Shown piece by piece: positions 9,077 to 18,390 of a stretch of 64,000 bases of DNA. Position numbers and translations under genes: made by a program. Origin of the DNA: an uncultured Gammaproteobacteria bacterium (lineage in GTDB: Bacteria > Patescibacteriota > Microgenomatia > Daviesbacterales > UBA10151). The stretch spans positions 2,505 to 66,504 of the forward strand of contig CAZJNI010000006.1 of assembly GCA_964547465.1 (NCBI GenBank), read 5' to 3'. Position 1 is the first letter of the stretch. The number at the start of each line of letters is the position of its first letter. The notes below the pieces were generated by a model. The model was not told the DNA's origin, did no database searches, and worked only from the letters and a program-made list of their open reading frames with translations.

Positions 9077-10072
9077 ATGAGAATTTTGGTTACTGGCGGA
9101 GCCGGGTTTTTAGGGTCTCACCTTTGTGACAAGCTGATAGAGATGGGAAACCAGGTAATATGCGTGGATAATTTAATCACTGGTTCTGAAAAAAATATTG
9201 AACATTTAAAAGGTAATCCCAACTTTGAATTTATAAACCAGGATGTAATTCAGCCAATCTCTATAGATAAGATTGCCACTCCCGCACCAGAATCGGTGCG
9301 GGATCGCAATGACGGTGGGGGGGTAATTGATCAGATTTATCATTTAGCCTCTCCTGCCTCGCCTAATAAAAATAATCCCCAAAGCTACATTGCATATCCT
9401 TTTGAAACAATGCAGGTTAATACCACTGGAACATGGAAGTTAGCAGAGGCAGCTACAAAATTGGGCGCTAAATTTTTATTTGCCTCCACATCAGAGGTTT
9501 ATGGGGATCCCAAAGAACACCCGCAAAAAGAAGTCTATAGGGGAAATGTTTCGACAACCGGTCCCAGGGCAGTTTATGATGAAGCCAAAAGATTCGGGGA
9601 AACCATAGTCTCTTCCTTTGTACGCGAGAAAAATCTGGATGGCAGAATAGTTAGGATTTTTAATACATACGGACCAAGAATGGCAGATGATGGCAGGGTG
9701 GTAATTGAGTTTGTAAAAGCAGCTTTAGAAAATAAGCCTTTTCCTGTTTTTGGGGATGGAAAACAGACAAGGTCATTTTGCTACGTATCTGATTTAACAG
9801 ATGGAATTATTGCGGTTATGGAAAAAGGAGTAAGCGGGGAAATATACAATTTAGGAAATCCAGATGAATTCACAGTATTGGAACTGGCAGAAAAGGTTAA
9901 ACAGTTAACTAATTCCGGCTCAAATCCGGAGTTTGTGGAAGAGTTACCAGAAGATGATCCTCTGAAACGTTGTCCTGATATTACAAAAGCAAAAGATGAA
10001 TTAGGCTGGGAGCCAAAAGTAAGCCTGGAGGAAGGTTTAAAATTACTAATTGCTTCTCTCAAAAGGGTATAA
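9077..10072 (+). CDS. UDP-glucuronate decarboxylase-like NAD-dependent epimerase/dehydratase
   Basis: GGAGFLGSH, HLASPASP, ASTSEVYGDP, YDEAKR and RIFNTYGPRM motifs. Confidence 0.92.
   Translation: MRILVTGGAGFLGSHLCDKLIEMGNQVICVDNLITGSEKNIEHLKGNPNFEFINQDVIQPISIDKIATPAPESVRDRNDGGGVIDQIYHLASPASPNKNNPQSYIAYPFETMQVNTTGTWKLAEAATKLGAKFLFASTSEVYGDPKEHPQKEVYRGNVSTTGPRAVYDEAKRFGETIVSSFVREKNLDGRIVRIFNTYGPRMADDGRVVIEFVKAALENKPFPVFGDGKQTRSFCYVSDLTDGIIAVMEKGVSGEIYNLGNPDEFTVLELAEKVKQLTNSGSNPEFVEELPEDDPLKRCPDITKAKDELGWEPKVSLEEGLKLLIASLKRV
9270..9315. repeat. half GTCATTGCG palindromic element, in frame
   Basis: agattgccac-tcccgcaccagaatcggtgcggga-tcgcaatgacgg; encodes KIATPAPESVRDRNDG. Confidence 0.85.
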
Positions 10073-10829
10073 TCCTTAAAGACACGATAAATTTTGCAAT
10101 CTCATCACCCATAAAAATTAATCCTGCATTTGAAGGGTGGATAAAATCTGAAGTGTTAATATAATCTGCTGACTTATCAAAGGATTTATCAAAAAGATTT
10201 ATCAAAGGGATTTTGTGCTCCCTGGCATATTTGATATGATTTTTTATATAAGCAATTCTTTCATCAGCCCATTTTCCTCTTTCCTCTGTGGTTAAATTAA
10301 CAACTCCTTCTGCGTATCTGTCTCTACTTGGAGCAATAGTTGCCACAAAAAAAATTGCTGCTCTAGGCTTTGCCTCTCTTATAATTTTCAAAGCCTGGCT
10401 CAAAATTTCAGTTTGTTTTTTTAATCCATCATCAAGCGAATATCCTGAAAGGGGATTATTACCAAAAGACTCAATTAAAATTGCATCAAAATCATGGTTT
10501 AATATAGGCATTAGAGTTTCATTGCCTCTTATCGCACCCTTGCCTAATCTATCCGGTAAAGTAAGAATAGAAGTTGAACCAATTCCATAATTTAGAATAT
10601 GAAACTCTTTTTCCGGATAATATTTTCGAATAATAGGTAAGATGGTCTCGCCTGCACCCAGCGCTTGAGTCATGGAATCACCGGCTAAAATTATGGTATA
10701 TTTAGAGGCAGGTTTAGCCTGAATCCCTAAGATATGAGAGTTGGAAAAAAATCTCTCCACAGGCAAAATAATATTTAAGCTGATAAAGAAAAAAAAGGCG
10801 CTACAACAGATGGATGCCAGAATATTCAC
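10059..10829 (-). CDS. SGNH/GDSL hydrolase
   Basis: GDSMT, NYGIG, FGNN and DFIHP blocks; N-terminal hydrophobic anchor. Confidence 0.85.
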   Translation of the reverse strand: MNILASICCSAFFFFISLNIILPVERFFSNSHILGIQAKPASKYTIILAGDSMTQALGAGETILPIIRKYYPEKEFHILNYGIGSTSILTLPDRLGKGAIRGNETLMPILNHDFDAILIESFGNNPLSGYSLDDGLKKQTEILSQALKIIREAKPRAAIFFVATIAPSRDRYAEGVVNLTTEERGKWADERIAYIKNHIKYAREHKIPLINLFDKSFDKSADYINTSDFIHPSNAGLIFMGDEIAKFIVSLRIIPF

Positions 10830-10880
10830 GTATCAAGACTAACACAAAAGTCCCACAAAAATGTGGGTTTTTGTTGTTTG

Positions 10881-10953
10881 TACGCCCAGAGGGATTCGGA
10901 CCCCCGGCCTACTCGTTAGAACCGAGTTGCTCTATCCACTGAGCTATGGGCGC
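10881..10953 (-). tRNA. tRNA-Arg(TCT)
   Basis: Cloverleaf; anticodon arm ACTCG-GT TCT AA-CGAGT; T-loop reads TCCGAAT. Confidence 0.92.
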
Positions 10954-11016
10954 ATCTTATGCGACCAGGCGAAGTGGACAAGGTTTCCTTATCCACTGAG
11001 CTATGGGCGCATCTTA
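10933..11016. repeat. 27-bp direct repeat of the tRNA-Arg 5' end
   Basis: tatccactgagctatgggcgcatctta at 10933-10959 and 10990-11016. Confidence 0.9.
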
Positions 11017-11067
11017 CATATTTTATCAGGAGGTTGACAAAATAGAAAGATCTTGTTAAGTTATTAA

Positions 11068-11733
11068 ATGATGAAAAAAACTGCTGCTGTTTTAGCCCTA
11101 CTTACTTCAGGTTTACTTCTTACCCAAACCATTTTTGCCAGGGAAGCAACTCCATCAACAACTGCAGTTATCAGAAAAGAAGCAGTCCAACAAAGAATTG
11201 ATACAAGAAAATTGGCATTAGAGGATAAGATGGCTGCATTAAAAGAAAAAATGGCCTCCAGGACAGCAGCTTTAAAAACAAGATTACAAACTTTTAAGGA
11301 TCAGAGAAAAGCCCAGATTGCAGAAAGGGTTAATGCTACTCTTGCAAAAATAAACGAGAACCAAACCAATCAAATGTTGAAATTTTTAAATACAATGACT
11401 TCTATTTTGGATAAGCTGGAAGCAAGAGTTAATCAACCTACACCTGACATTAAGGATCCTGTGAAAGCCAAGCTTGCCATAGCAGATGCCAGAATAACTA
11501 TCGCATCAGCTTCAGCAGCAGTTACTACCCAAGCTCAAAATGATTATCCAATTGAGGCTACATCAGAGGCTAAAATCAGACAGGAAGCACAAGATGCCAG
11601 GAATAATTTGCACACAGATTTGTTAGCTGTCAGGAAATTAGTGATTGATGCAAAACAGGCAGTTGCAAATGCCATCAGGATTGCCAAGTCAGGACCGCCT
11701 ATAAAGGAGGGAACAGCCAGTGGACAACAGTAA
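11068..11733 (+). CDS. secreted coiled-coil protein
   Basis: Signal peptide followed by long Ala/Lys-rich helical sequence; ttgaca...taagtt promoter-like site upstream. Confidence 0.75.
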   Translation: MMKKTAAVLALLTSGLLLTQTIFAREATPSTTAVIRKEAVQQRIDTRKLALEDKMAALKEKMASRTAALKTRLQTFKDQRKAQIAERVNATLAKINENQTNQMLKFLNTMTSILDKLEARVNQPTPDIKDPVKAKLAIADARITIASASAAVTTQAQNDYPIEATSEAKIRQEAQDARNNLHTDLLAVRKLVIDAKQAVANAIRIAKSGPPIKEGTASGQQ

Positions 11734-12034
11734 TCCAACAAATCCAGCCCCTGCAGCAGCTGCGGTATCACCAGCACCTGCCCTAAATCCGCAGCCAAAT
11801 ATGATGTCAAACAACAAAATGATTTTATGGCTTATTTTAGGATTGGTCATTGTAGTTCTCTTAATCGGGGGAGCATATTTTTACGTTAATAGTCAAAAAG
11901 CCAATGCTCCGGCTGAATCTCAAACACCCCAAACTCAAACTGTAGATAGTTTAGAAAATGATCTAAATTCTGCTGATGCCGGGGATTTGGAGAATGATTT
12001 TGCCCCGGTAGATTCAGATCTGCAAAGCCTCTAA
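11720..12034 (+). CDS. single-TM hypothetical protein
   Basis: SD AAGGAGG before GTG; Pro-rich N-terminus, one TM helix, acidic tail. Confidence 0.7.
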   Translation: MDNSNPTNPAPAAAAVSPAPALNPQPNMMSNNKMILWLILGLVIVVLLIGGAYFYVNSQKANAPAESQTPQTQTVDSLENDLNSADAGDLENDFAPVDSDLQSL

Positions 12035-12040
12035 GGTTAA

Positions 12041-12889
12041 ATGAAGAAAATAGCGTTGTTCCTGCTACTTTTTATGGGCAGCTTGATTGCTTACTCTTTT
12101 TTTAGTAAGCCCACAACTCATACTTTTATATTCCAAAGGGATACCCTTCAAAAAAGGGTGGAAGATGTTATGGATGGCAGCGATGGCCAGTATGGAATCT
12201 TTATAAAAAACTTAAAGACCGGAGAAACCTATACTAGAAATGAACATCAAATATTTGAGCCAGGCAGCCTTTATAAGGTTTGGCTGATGGGGGCTGTTTT
12301 TGAAAAAGTTAAAGTGGGTGAAATAAAAGAGAGTAATGCGTTAGCGGCAGATGTTGCATCTTTAAACACTGAATTTGAAATAGATCCTGAAAGTGCAGAG
12401 CTTACCGATGGAGTTTTGAATTTTTCCATTTCTTCTGCACTTGAACAGATGATTACCATATCCCACAACTATGCTGCATTGGCTTTAACAAAAAAAGTAG
12501 GGAGGCCTGCAATCACGGATTTTTTAAAAAGTTACGGTTTATCAGACTCATCTTTAGGTACCCCACTTAAAGCAAGTGCATATGATTTTGGCAGGTTATT
12601 TGAAAAGCTCTACATAGGAGAAATTATTGATAAAGAATATTCTCAAAAAATGCTGGATGTTTTAGCAAGACAAAAAATTAATGACCGGATCCCAAAATAT
12701 TTACCAAATGGTACAAAAGTTGCCCATAAAACCGGGGATATTGGTTATGTTGAAAATGATGCGGGAATAGTATTTTCTCCTGCTGGAGACTTCATAATTG
12801 TAGTTTTATCAGAAACCAAGGATGCCAATTTTGCCGGAGATAAAATTGGCAGAATATCAGAAGCTGCTTATAATTATTTTAATAAATAG
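12041..12889 (+). CDS. class A beta-lactamase-like serine hydrolase
   Basis: SxxK (SLYK), SHN and HKTG motifs; signal anchor. Confidence 0.9.
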   Translation: MKKIALFLLLFMGSLIAYSFFSKPTTHTFIFQRDTLQKRVEDVMDGSDGQYGIFIKNLKTGETYTRNEHQIFEPGSLYKVWLMGAVFEKVKVGEIKESNALAADVASLNTEFEIDPESAELTDGVLNFSISSALEQMITISHNYAALALTKKVGRPAITDFLKSYGLSDSSLGTPLKASAYDFGRLFEKLYIGEIIDKEYSQKMLDVLARQKINDRIPKYLPNGTKVAHKTGDIGYVENDAGIVFSPAGDFIIVVLSETKDANFAGDKIGRISEAAYNYFNK

Positions 12890-12992
12890 TCAAAAAACTG
12901 ATTAGGTCTAAAAAATGCATAAGTATACATAACAAAGTGCAATAACAATCTTTAACGAAGATGTATACTGTAACAAGTAAAATGAAAACTAT

Positions 12993-13829
12993 ATGAATCA
13001 AGAAGCAGCGCAGGTAACTAAAATAGCTATCTTTCGAAATAGGAAAATAAGGAAAACTATTCATAAAAATGAATGGTGGTTTGTAATTGTTGATGTTGTG
13101 GCTGCTTTAACTGATTCAGTTCAGCCGGATGGCTATATAAAAGATATGCGAAGACGTGATCCGGAACTTTCTAAAGGGTGGGGGCAAATTGCCACCCCCC
13201 TTGCAGTTCAAACATCAGGTGGTAGGCAAAAATTAAATTGTGCCAACACAGAAAGTATATTTAGGATTATCCAATCTATACCTTCTCCTAAAGCAGAGCC
13301 TTTTAAATTATGGTTAGCTAAAGTTGGGTATGAAAGGGTGCAGGAGATAGAAGATCCTGAGTTAGCCCAAAAAAGAGCCAGGGCACTCTACAAGGCAAAA
13401 GGGTATCCCGAGGATTGGATAGAAAGACGAATGCGTTCTATTGCCATTAGGGAAGAATTGACCGATGAGTGGCAAAAACACGGTGTAGAACTGGCAAAAG
13501 AGTATGAAATACTAACTGCCGAGATATCTAAAGCCACTTTTGGTGTTACACCATCTGAATATAAGAAAATAAAAGGACTTAAACGTCAAAATCTGCGTGA
13601 TCATATGAGTGATTTGGAACTTTTGTTTTCCCAACTTGGCGAGGCAGCCACCACAGAAATTACCAAAACAGAACACCCTAGAGGGTTTGAGAGAAATAAA
13701 CAAGTCTCAAAGCGTGGTGGTAAAATTGCCGGAGATGCCAGATCTAATTTAGAGAAGGAAACTGGCAGGAAAGTAATAACTTCACAAAATTATTTGCCGA
13801 AGAAGAGAGGTAAAAGGCTACTAAAATAA
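12993..13829 (+). CDS. BRO-N domain protein
   Basis: IRK.....EWWF.IVDVV..LT and RIIQSIPSPKAEPFKLWLAKVGYER. Confidence 0.88.
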   Translation: MNQEAAQVTKIAIFRNRKIRKTIHKNEWWFVIVDVVAALTDSVQPDGYIKDMRRRDPELSKGWGQIATPLAVQTSGGRQKLNCANTESIFRIIQSIPSPKAEPFKLWLAKVGYERVQEIEDPELAQKRARALYKAKGYPEDWIERRMRSIAIREELTDEWQKHGVELAKEYEILTAEISKATFGVTPSEYKKIKGLKRQNLRDHMSDLELLFSQLGEAATTEITKTEHPRGFERNKQVSKRGGKIAGDARSNLEKETGRKVITSQNYLPKKRGKRLLK

Positions 13830-13868
13830 AGGGTTATTTACAGAAGTAACAACGATTAGATTTTAGCG

Positions 13869-15499
13869 AAATTTAAAGACTTTCTGAAGCTAAAATCCAC
13901 GAGTTCGATAAAATTTTTATGGAGCCCCTGACGAGATCTTAGCCAGACTGCCAGGATTCGTTCAAGAGTTTAGCTCAAATCCTATTTTACCAGATTTTTT
14001 GTATGAATTACAGCCAAAATTAGCCTCAAAAACTGACAGATTGGCCTAGAGTTTTTTCTTTCTATTGCCTCTTATCTATTTTTTCTATTGTTGCGAAGTC
14101 ATTTTTCATGCATAATTATGCATAGTAAAAATCTGAAGAGTATTTACTGAAAAATTAATATATGAATGATAAAACAGTATATGTACTAGGTGCAGGGTTT
14201 AATCAATTTCTTGAAGATTTTGATGGCACAACACCTCCACTAGCCAGAGATTTCTTTAAAAAAGCCTTTAGTAAACGTAAATTTAATGAGCAAATATATC
14301 TTAACCAAATTAAGGACTTACTGGATTACATAGAACAATATTGGCATCTTGACTTATCAGATCTCAGAAAGGAAGACGTTGATCTTGAAGAAATCTTTAC
14401 CTTAATACAGCTACAAGTTGAAAAGGCAAAGTCAAAAAGAGACTATAAAGAACTAAAAAGACTAATTGAGGTCAGCTTTAAACTTGAGTCTTTCTTTTCA
14501 GAGTTTTTATCAGATTTCGTACCGATAAATCCTCGAAGACCTAGAGGATATTCTTATCTAGTAAAATTCGGAAAATTATTATTGCAGCGTCAACCGACAA
14601 TTATTACTTTCAACTACGATACTTTGCTAGAAGAGGGTATTGCATCAGCTTCTGGGGTTACAAATCCTCCTCCTTCTTACCTAACTTTACATCAAAACAC
14701 TTATAAGAAAAGCGAATTGCCTTCATCTATCCTTAAATATTCACATCATAACTGGAATTCTATACTATCTTATGGTTTCAAATTTGACTATGTTCAACTT
14801 CCTCAGGCTGGCCTAACCCAAATCGTTAGTCTGAAACAATATTATGGTGATCAACTTAACAAGCTTTATAAAATGGAAATATTAAAACTCCACGGTTCCC
14901 TAAACTGGATGGAAGTCGCTGGACCGCTAGACAGGAACGCTTGGAGCAACAAGGACCATTTTAGTTGGAAAGATTTCCCAGCAGAGATTCAAAGGAAACA
15001 AGGAGTTATTTATTATCGTGGACATTGGCATTTCGGTAGCCATCCCTTACTTAGTACGTGGTTTCTGAGACCAAAAATCATTACACCTGTTCTCTATAAA
15101 GACTCCTTTTATAATAGACATCCTTTTCCAGACTTATGGAAGAAAGCTTTGCATGCGCTAAAGCAATGCAAACGTTTAATAATTATTGGATATTCTTTCC
15201 CCCAGACAGATTTCTCCACCAAAATGCTTTTTTTAGAGGCATTTTCAGAGAATTTACTAGAAGAGTTAGTACTGGTAAATCCTGATGAATCTGGTGCTGT
15301 TGGGAAAATAGCCAAAAAATTAACACACTTTTCAAAGCCTATTTTCTACAAATCTGCACAAGACTATATACGAAGTCTGGCGTTGTAACCTTCCTCATTC
15401 TTTGAGGTTCGATTCCCCTTAGGGTATAAGGTTATAGGATCGAATTTTGACTAATTTTATCAACTTTCCGAAGCTAAAACTTGTCAGTTCGATAAAATT
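13869..15499. repeat. ~47-bp imperfect direct repeat flanking the SIR2-like gene
   Basis: actttcYgaagctaaaa-N6-agttcgataaaatt at about 13869-13915 and 15453-15499. Confidence 0.75.
14162..15388 (+). CDS. SIR2-like (SIR2_2) domain protein, possible anti-phage NADase
   Basis: VLGAGF, ITFNYD, LKLHGSLNW and IIGYSF motifs. Confidence 0.85.
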   Translation: MNDKTVYVLGAGFNQFLEDFDGTTPPLARDFFKKAFSKRKFNEQIYLNQIKDLLDYIEQYWHLDLSDLRKEDVDLEEIFTLIQLQVEKAKSKRDYKELKRLIEVSFKLESFFSEFLSDFVPINPRRPRGYSYLVKFGKLLLQRQPTIITFNYDTLLEEGIASASGVTNPPPSYLTLHQNTYKKSELPSSILKYSHHNWNSILSYGFKFDYVQLPQAGLTQIVSLKQYYGDQLNKLYKMEILKLHGSLNWMEVAGPLDRNAWSNKDHFSWKDFPAEIQRKQGVIYYRGHWHFGSHPLLSTWFLRPKIITPVLYKDSFYNRHPFPDLWKKALHALKQCKRLIIIGYSFPQTDFSTKMLFLEAFSENLLEELVLVNPDESGAVGKIAKKLTHFSKPIFYKSAQDYIRSLAL

Positions 15500-16101
15500 C
15501 GTCTGAGGCGGGAGACGCAAATTATTCCGAACTCTTTGACTGTTTCATTAATAGAATTTAATAAATTCATGCACATGTATCAAGCTGTGAAAGAACAATA
15601 AAGCTATGAAATTGTTTAAGTTCAATTTCCGACAGAATTATTGTACACTTAACTAGTGAATAAAAAGAACCTATCTTTAAAAACATACATAAAAGTTATG
15701 TTCAGTTGGATTTTATTTCAGATGGTAATTTTTTTAATCGACATTTCTCTTTATCGAATCGTAGATTATAGCTCATATTTCCATTATATTTGGTCTTTAC
15801 GAATATTATTATTTGCTGTTCTCTTAGGTTTCATTTATAAAAAAGAGAATATCATTTGGGCCAATATTGCTTCTTGGATTGCCATACCCTTATTCTATAT
15901 TACCCTACCATATATTTTGAGAATTTCTAGTGAATCAGTATATGGACCCATATTAATTTTGGGGATTTTTGGTCAAATAGCAGCTATTACGGGAACCCTA
16001 ATAGCAATTTTATTAAGGAAATTAATGATTAATGCTAAACTATGAACTTTACTGCAACTGCCCCGTCTGGAGCGGGAGATGCAAATTATCCCGAACTCTT
16101 T
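15500..16101. repeat. 38-bp junction repeat, 34/38 identical
   Basis: cgtctgaggcgggagacgcaaattattccgaactcttt (15500-15537) and cgtctggagcgggagatgcaaattatcccgaactcttt (16064-16101). Confidence 0.85.
15656..16045 (+). CDS. four-TM membrane protein
   Basis: 129-aa ORF with four hydrophobic segments. Confidence 0.6.
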   Translation: MNKKNLSLKTYIKVMFSWILFQMVIFLIDISLYRIVDYSSYFHYIWSLRILLFAVLLGFIYKKENIIWANIASWIAIPLFYITLPYILRISSESVYGPILILGIFGQIAAITGTLIAILLRKLMINAKL

Positions 16102-16788
16102 TTTCTACAGATCTTAATCCATTTTAGAAGGTTAATGGAAGCTTACCAATCTCAAGTGGATGAAAATGAGCTTGATTCTTTACCAATTACCTGATATTTT
16201 TTTCTTATGAGGGTTAATTACTTAGGAAAGAAAATAAGATTAGCACTTAAGAAAGCATCCACAATTGAAGACGTGCTTGATATTACGAGGCTACTTATAA
16301 CTCAGATTAAAATTGAAGATCCCAAAGCAAAAATTGGCTATGTTTCTGGTAAGGTTACTGCTGATGGAAAAGACAGAATTCCCCATAATCTGAAAAGAAT
16401 GCATAAATTTACGAGAAAACTTAAAGAAATTCACGGAGAACAAATCTTTTCTGCAGCTGATATTTTTAGTGATATCGTCTACTGGAAAATAAATCTTCCT
16501 AGACCAATACACGAAAAGGATTTTTATAATTTTTGGAGAAAAATTGTAAGTAGTGGGGTAACTGATATTTATATGACCCCAGAATGGGAAAGATCTCATG
16601 GAGCTAAAGATGAACATAAGATAGCAAAAACATTAAATATTAATATTCATTATATAGTTTTTGAAGAGACGGGAATCGAACTCCAGATTGAACCTAAAGT
16701 TAGAAGGAGATAGGAGAATTCAATGAAATTAATACTATTTCAGGAAAAATTTGAGGCTAGCTACTTAGCTGCCCCGTCTGGAGCGGGA
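16058..16788. repeat. 20-bp att-like direct repeat overlapping the tRNA-Gly 3' end
   Basis: ctgccccgtctggagcggga at 16058-16077 and 16769-16788. Confidence 0.9.
16207..16713 (+). CDS. DUF4406/nucleoside deoxyribosyltransferase-like protein
   Basis: YVSGKVT and IYMTPEWERSHGAKDEH pattern. Confidence 0.65.
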   Translation: MRVNYLGKKIRLALKKASTIEDVLDITRLLITQIKIEDPKAKIGYVSGKVTADGKDRIPHNLKRMHKFTRKLKEIHGEQIFSAADIFSDIVYWKINLPRPIHEKDFYNFWRKIVSSGVTDIYMTPEWERSHGAKDEHKIAKTLNINIHYIVFEETGIELQIEPKVRRR

Positions 16789-16853
16789 TAGGGGAATCGG
16801 ACCCCTTACGTCCACTTTGGAAAAGTGGCATTCTACCGGTGAATTAATCCCGC
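16779..16853 (-). tRNA. tRNA-Gly(TCC)
   Basis: Anticodon arm CCACT-TT TCC AA-AGTGG; CCA encoded; T-loop TCCGATT. Confidence 0.95.
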
Positions 16854-16945
16854 AAGTATAAAAAATTAGGCTTTAAATTAGCAACAACCTGGTTTCATAA
16901 CTTACATATTTTAACCAAAATCAGATTTTTTAACAAGGATTGGAG

Positions 16946-17545
16946 TTAAACTTTTTGAGTTGCTGTCCCAAGTATCTCTAGCTGTTCAGACAAATCAGAT
17001 AACTGATATTTGGCAAGATCAATACCGTTTTTTTGAGCAATTACCAATCCTTGGATAATTTTTCTGGCCCTGACTGCATCTTTAGTACTTAAATATCCTA
17101 TATCTACAGAATTTTCAGTAAATCCTACATCCACAATTTTCAGGGTAGAAAAAAGTAAGCCAGTCTCAACCACCACATCTGATACATCCTTAATATATAC
17201 ACTATGAATATGGCTGGAAAAGAAAAAATACCTATAAATAATATTTACTTTATTTATGTCAACCACCACCTCATCCGGAAAAGGATTCAAGGGGATGATA
17301 GTTCTTATTTTGATAAGTGGTTTTTGCGAATTTTCCACTAGATCATTAAGCTTTTCTGTATCAGTTACTTTCTCATCAGGAGGACTATGATTAGGCGGAT
17401 CTAGATTCTTTCTCAAAATATCTCCTTCAGTTACTTCACGATCTAAAATAAGCCTTCTATAAGGTAAGCTTAAATATTTGGCCTGAAAACCAGTTCTTAG
17501 GTGTTGATCTTTCTCCTCAAGTTGTCCGTCTGTTTGAGGTATCAT
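16946..17545 (-). CDS. hypothetical protein with bacterial PH-like C-terminal domain
   Basis: Pattern FPDEVVVD..KV......FF.....S..IKDVSDV.V..G.LF.TLKI. Confidence 0.6.
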   Translation of the reverse strand: MIPQTDGQLEEKDQHLRTGFQAKYLSLPYRRLILDREVTEGDILRKNLDPPNHSPPDEKVTDTEKLNDLVENSQKPLIKIRTIIPLNPFPDEVVVDINKVNIIYRYFFFSSHIHSVYIKDVSDVVVETGLLFSTLKIVDVGFTENSVDIGYLSTKDAVRARKIIQGLVIAQKNGIDLAKYQLSDLSEQLEILGTATQKV

Positions 17546-17610
17546 GATTTTTCCATACTCTCATTTATGGATAAGATTTTTGCGAAGTTCTGGTAAGAAT
17601 TTTGCAAGTA

Positions 17611-18351
17611 CTACTGGATTTCGTAACTTAAGGTAACAACTACTGTAATATCGGATGAACCAGGTTCTATTTGAGTTGGAGCTCCCTGGGCTTTTATATC
17701 AGCAGCCGAAAGCATAGGAATAGGCCTTGGAAGACCTCCAAAATCTTCTGAATAATTTATAATCCTGCCCAGTTTAAATCCGGCAATTTTTGCAGCATCT
17801 TCTGCTTTTTTCTTAGCATCAGCCACAGCTTTTTGCCTGGCCTCATTTTCGGACTTGGATTTGTCATCTACATCAAATGAAATTCCCCCCACCTGATTCG
17901 CCCCATTGGCTGTGGCCTCATCAATCACAGAGTTTGCCCTCTCAATTTGTCTGACCTTAATAGATAAATTTGTACTGGCAGAATAACCGGTTAGTCTTTG
18001 ACCTCCAGTATAGTCATAACTTGGGTTAATATTATAGTTTGTGGTCTGGATATCTTTAGCATCTACCCCCAGACTCTTAACAGCTGTAGAAACTTTATTA
18101 ATAGTGGAATTAATCTGATTCTGGGCATCTTTCACAGTTGCTCCTTTAGCAGAAATACCCACTGTCACCATAGCCACATCAGGAGCAGCAGTTGCTTTTC
18201 CTTCACCAGTCACATCAAATGTGGTAGATTTAGTGGTAGTTACAGAGTTTACAGAAAACGGAATTGGTCCGAAAATTTTGGTAAAGCTAAATAGCAGGAT
18301 AAAAAAAGTTGTAGCTCCAATTACAGGTAAGAGCAAAATCCTTGTGTTCAC
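17611..18351 (-). CDS. SIMPL (DUF541) domain protein
   Basis: VTGEGKATAAPDVA, IQTTNYNINPSY and AVADAKKKAE..A...G.KLG. Confidence 0.9.
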   Translation of the reverse strand: MNTRILLLPVIGATTFFILLFSFTKIFGPIPFSVNSVTTTKSTTFDVTGEGKATAAPDVAMVTVGISAKGATVKDAQNQINSTINKVSTAVKSLGVDAKDIQTTNYNINPSYDYTGGQRLTGYSASTNLSIKVRQIERANSVIDEATANGANQVGGISFDVDDKSKSENEARQKAVADAKKKAEDAAKIAGFKLGRIINYSEDFGGLPRPIPMLSAADIKAQGAPTQIEPGSSDITVVVTLSYEIQ

Positions 18352-18390
18352 AAATTAATAATACCACATTTTCTGTTAAACTTTTATTAG

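Noticed and set aside
15404-15419. tRNA gene at gaggttcgattcccct
   Set aside because: Only a T-arm-like string; no cloverleaf can be built around it.
13869-16101. Classical integron attC array
   Set aside because: No clear RYYYAAC/GTTRRRY boxes at gene boundaries and no IntI gene; the repeats relate to tRNA ends instead.
12993-16853. Prophage
   Set aside because: Only a BRO-N gene; no integrase, terminase, capsid or replication genes.
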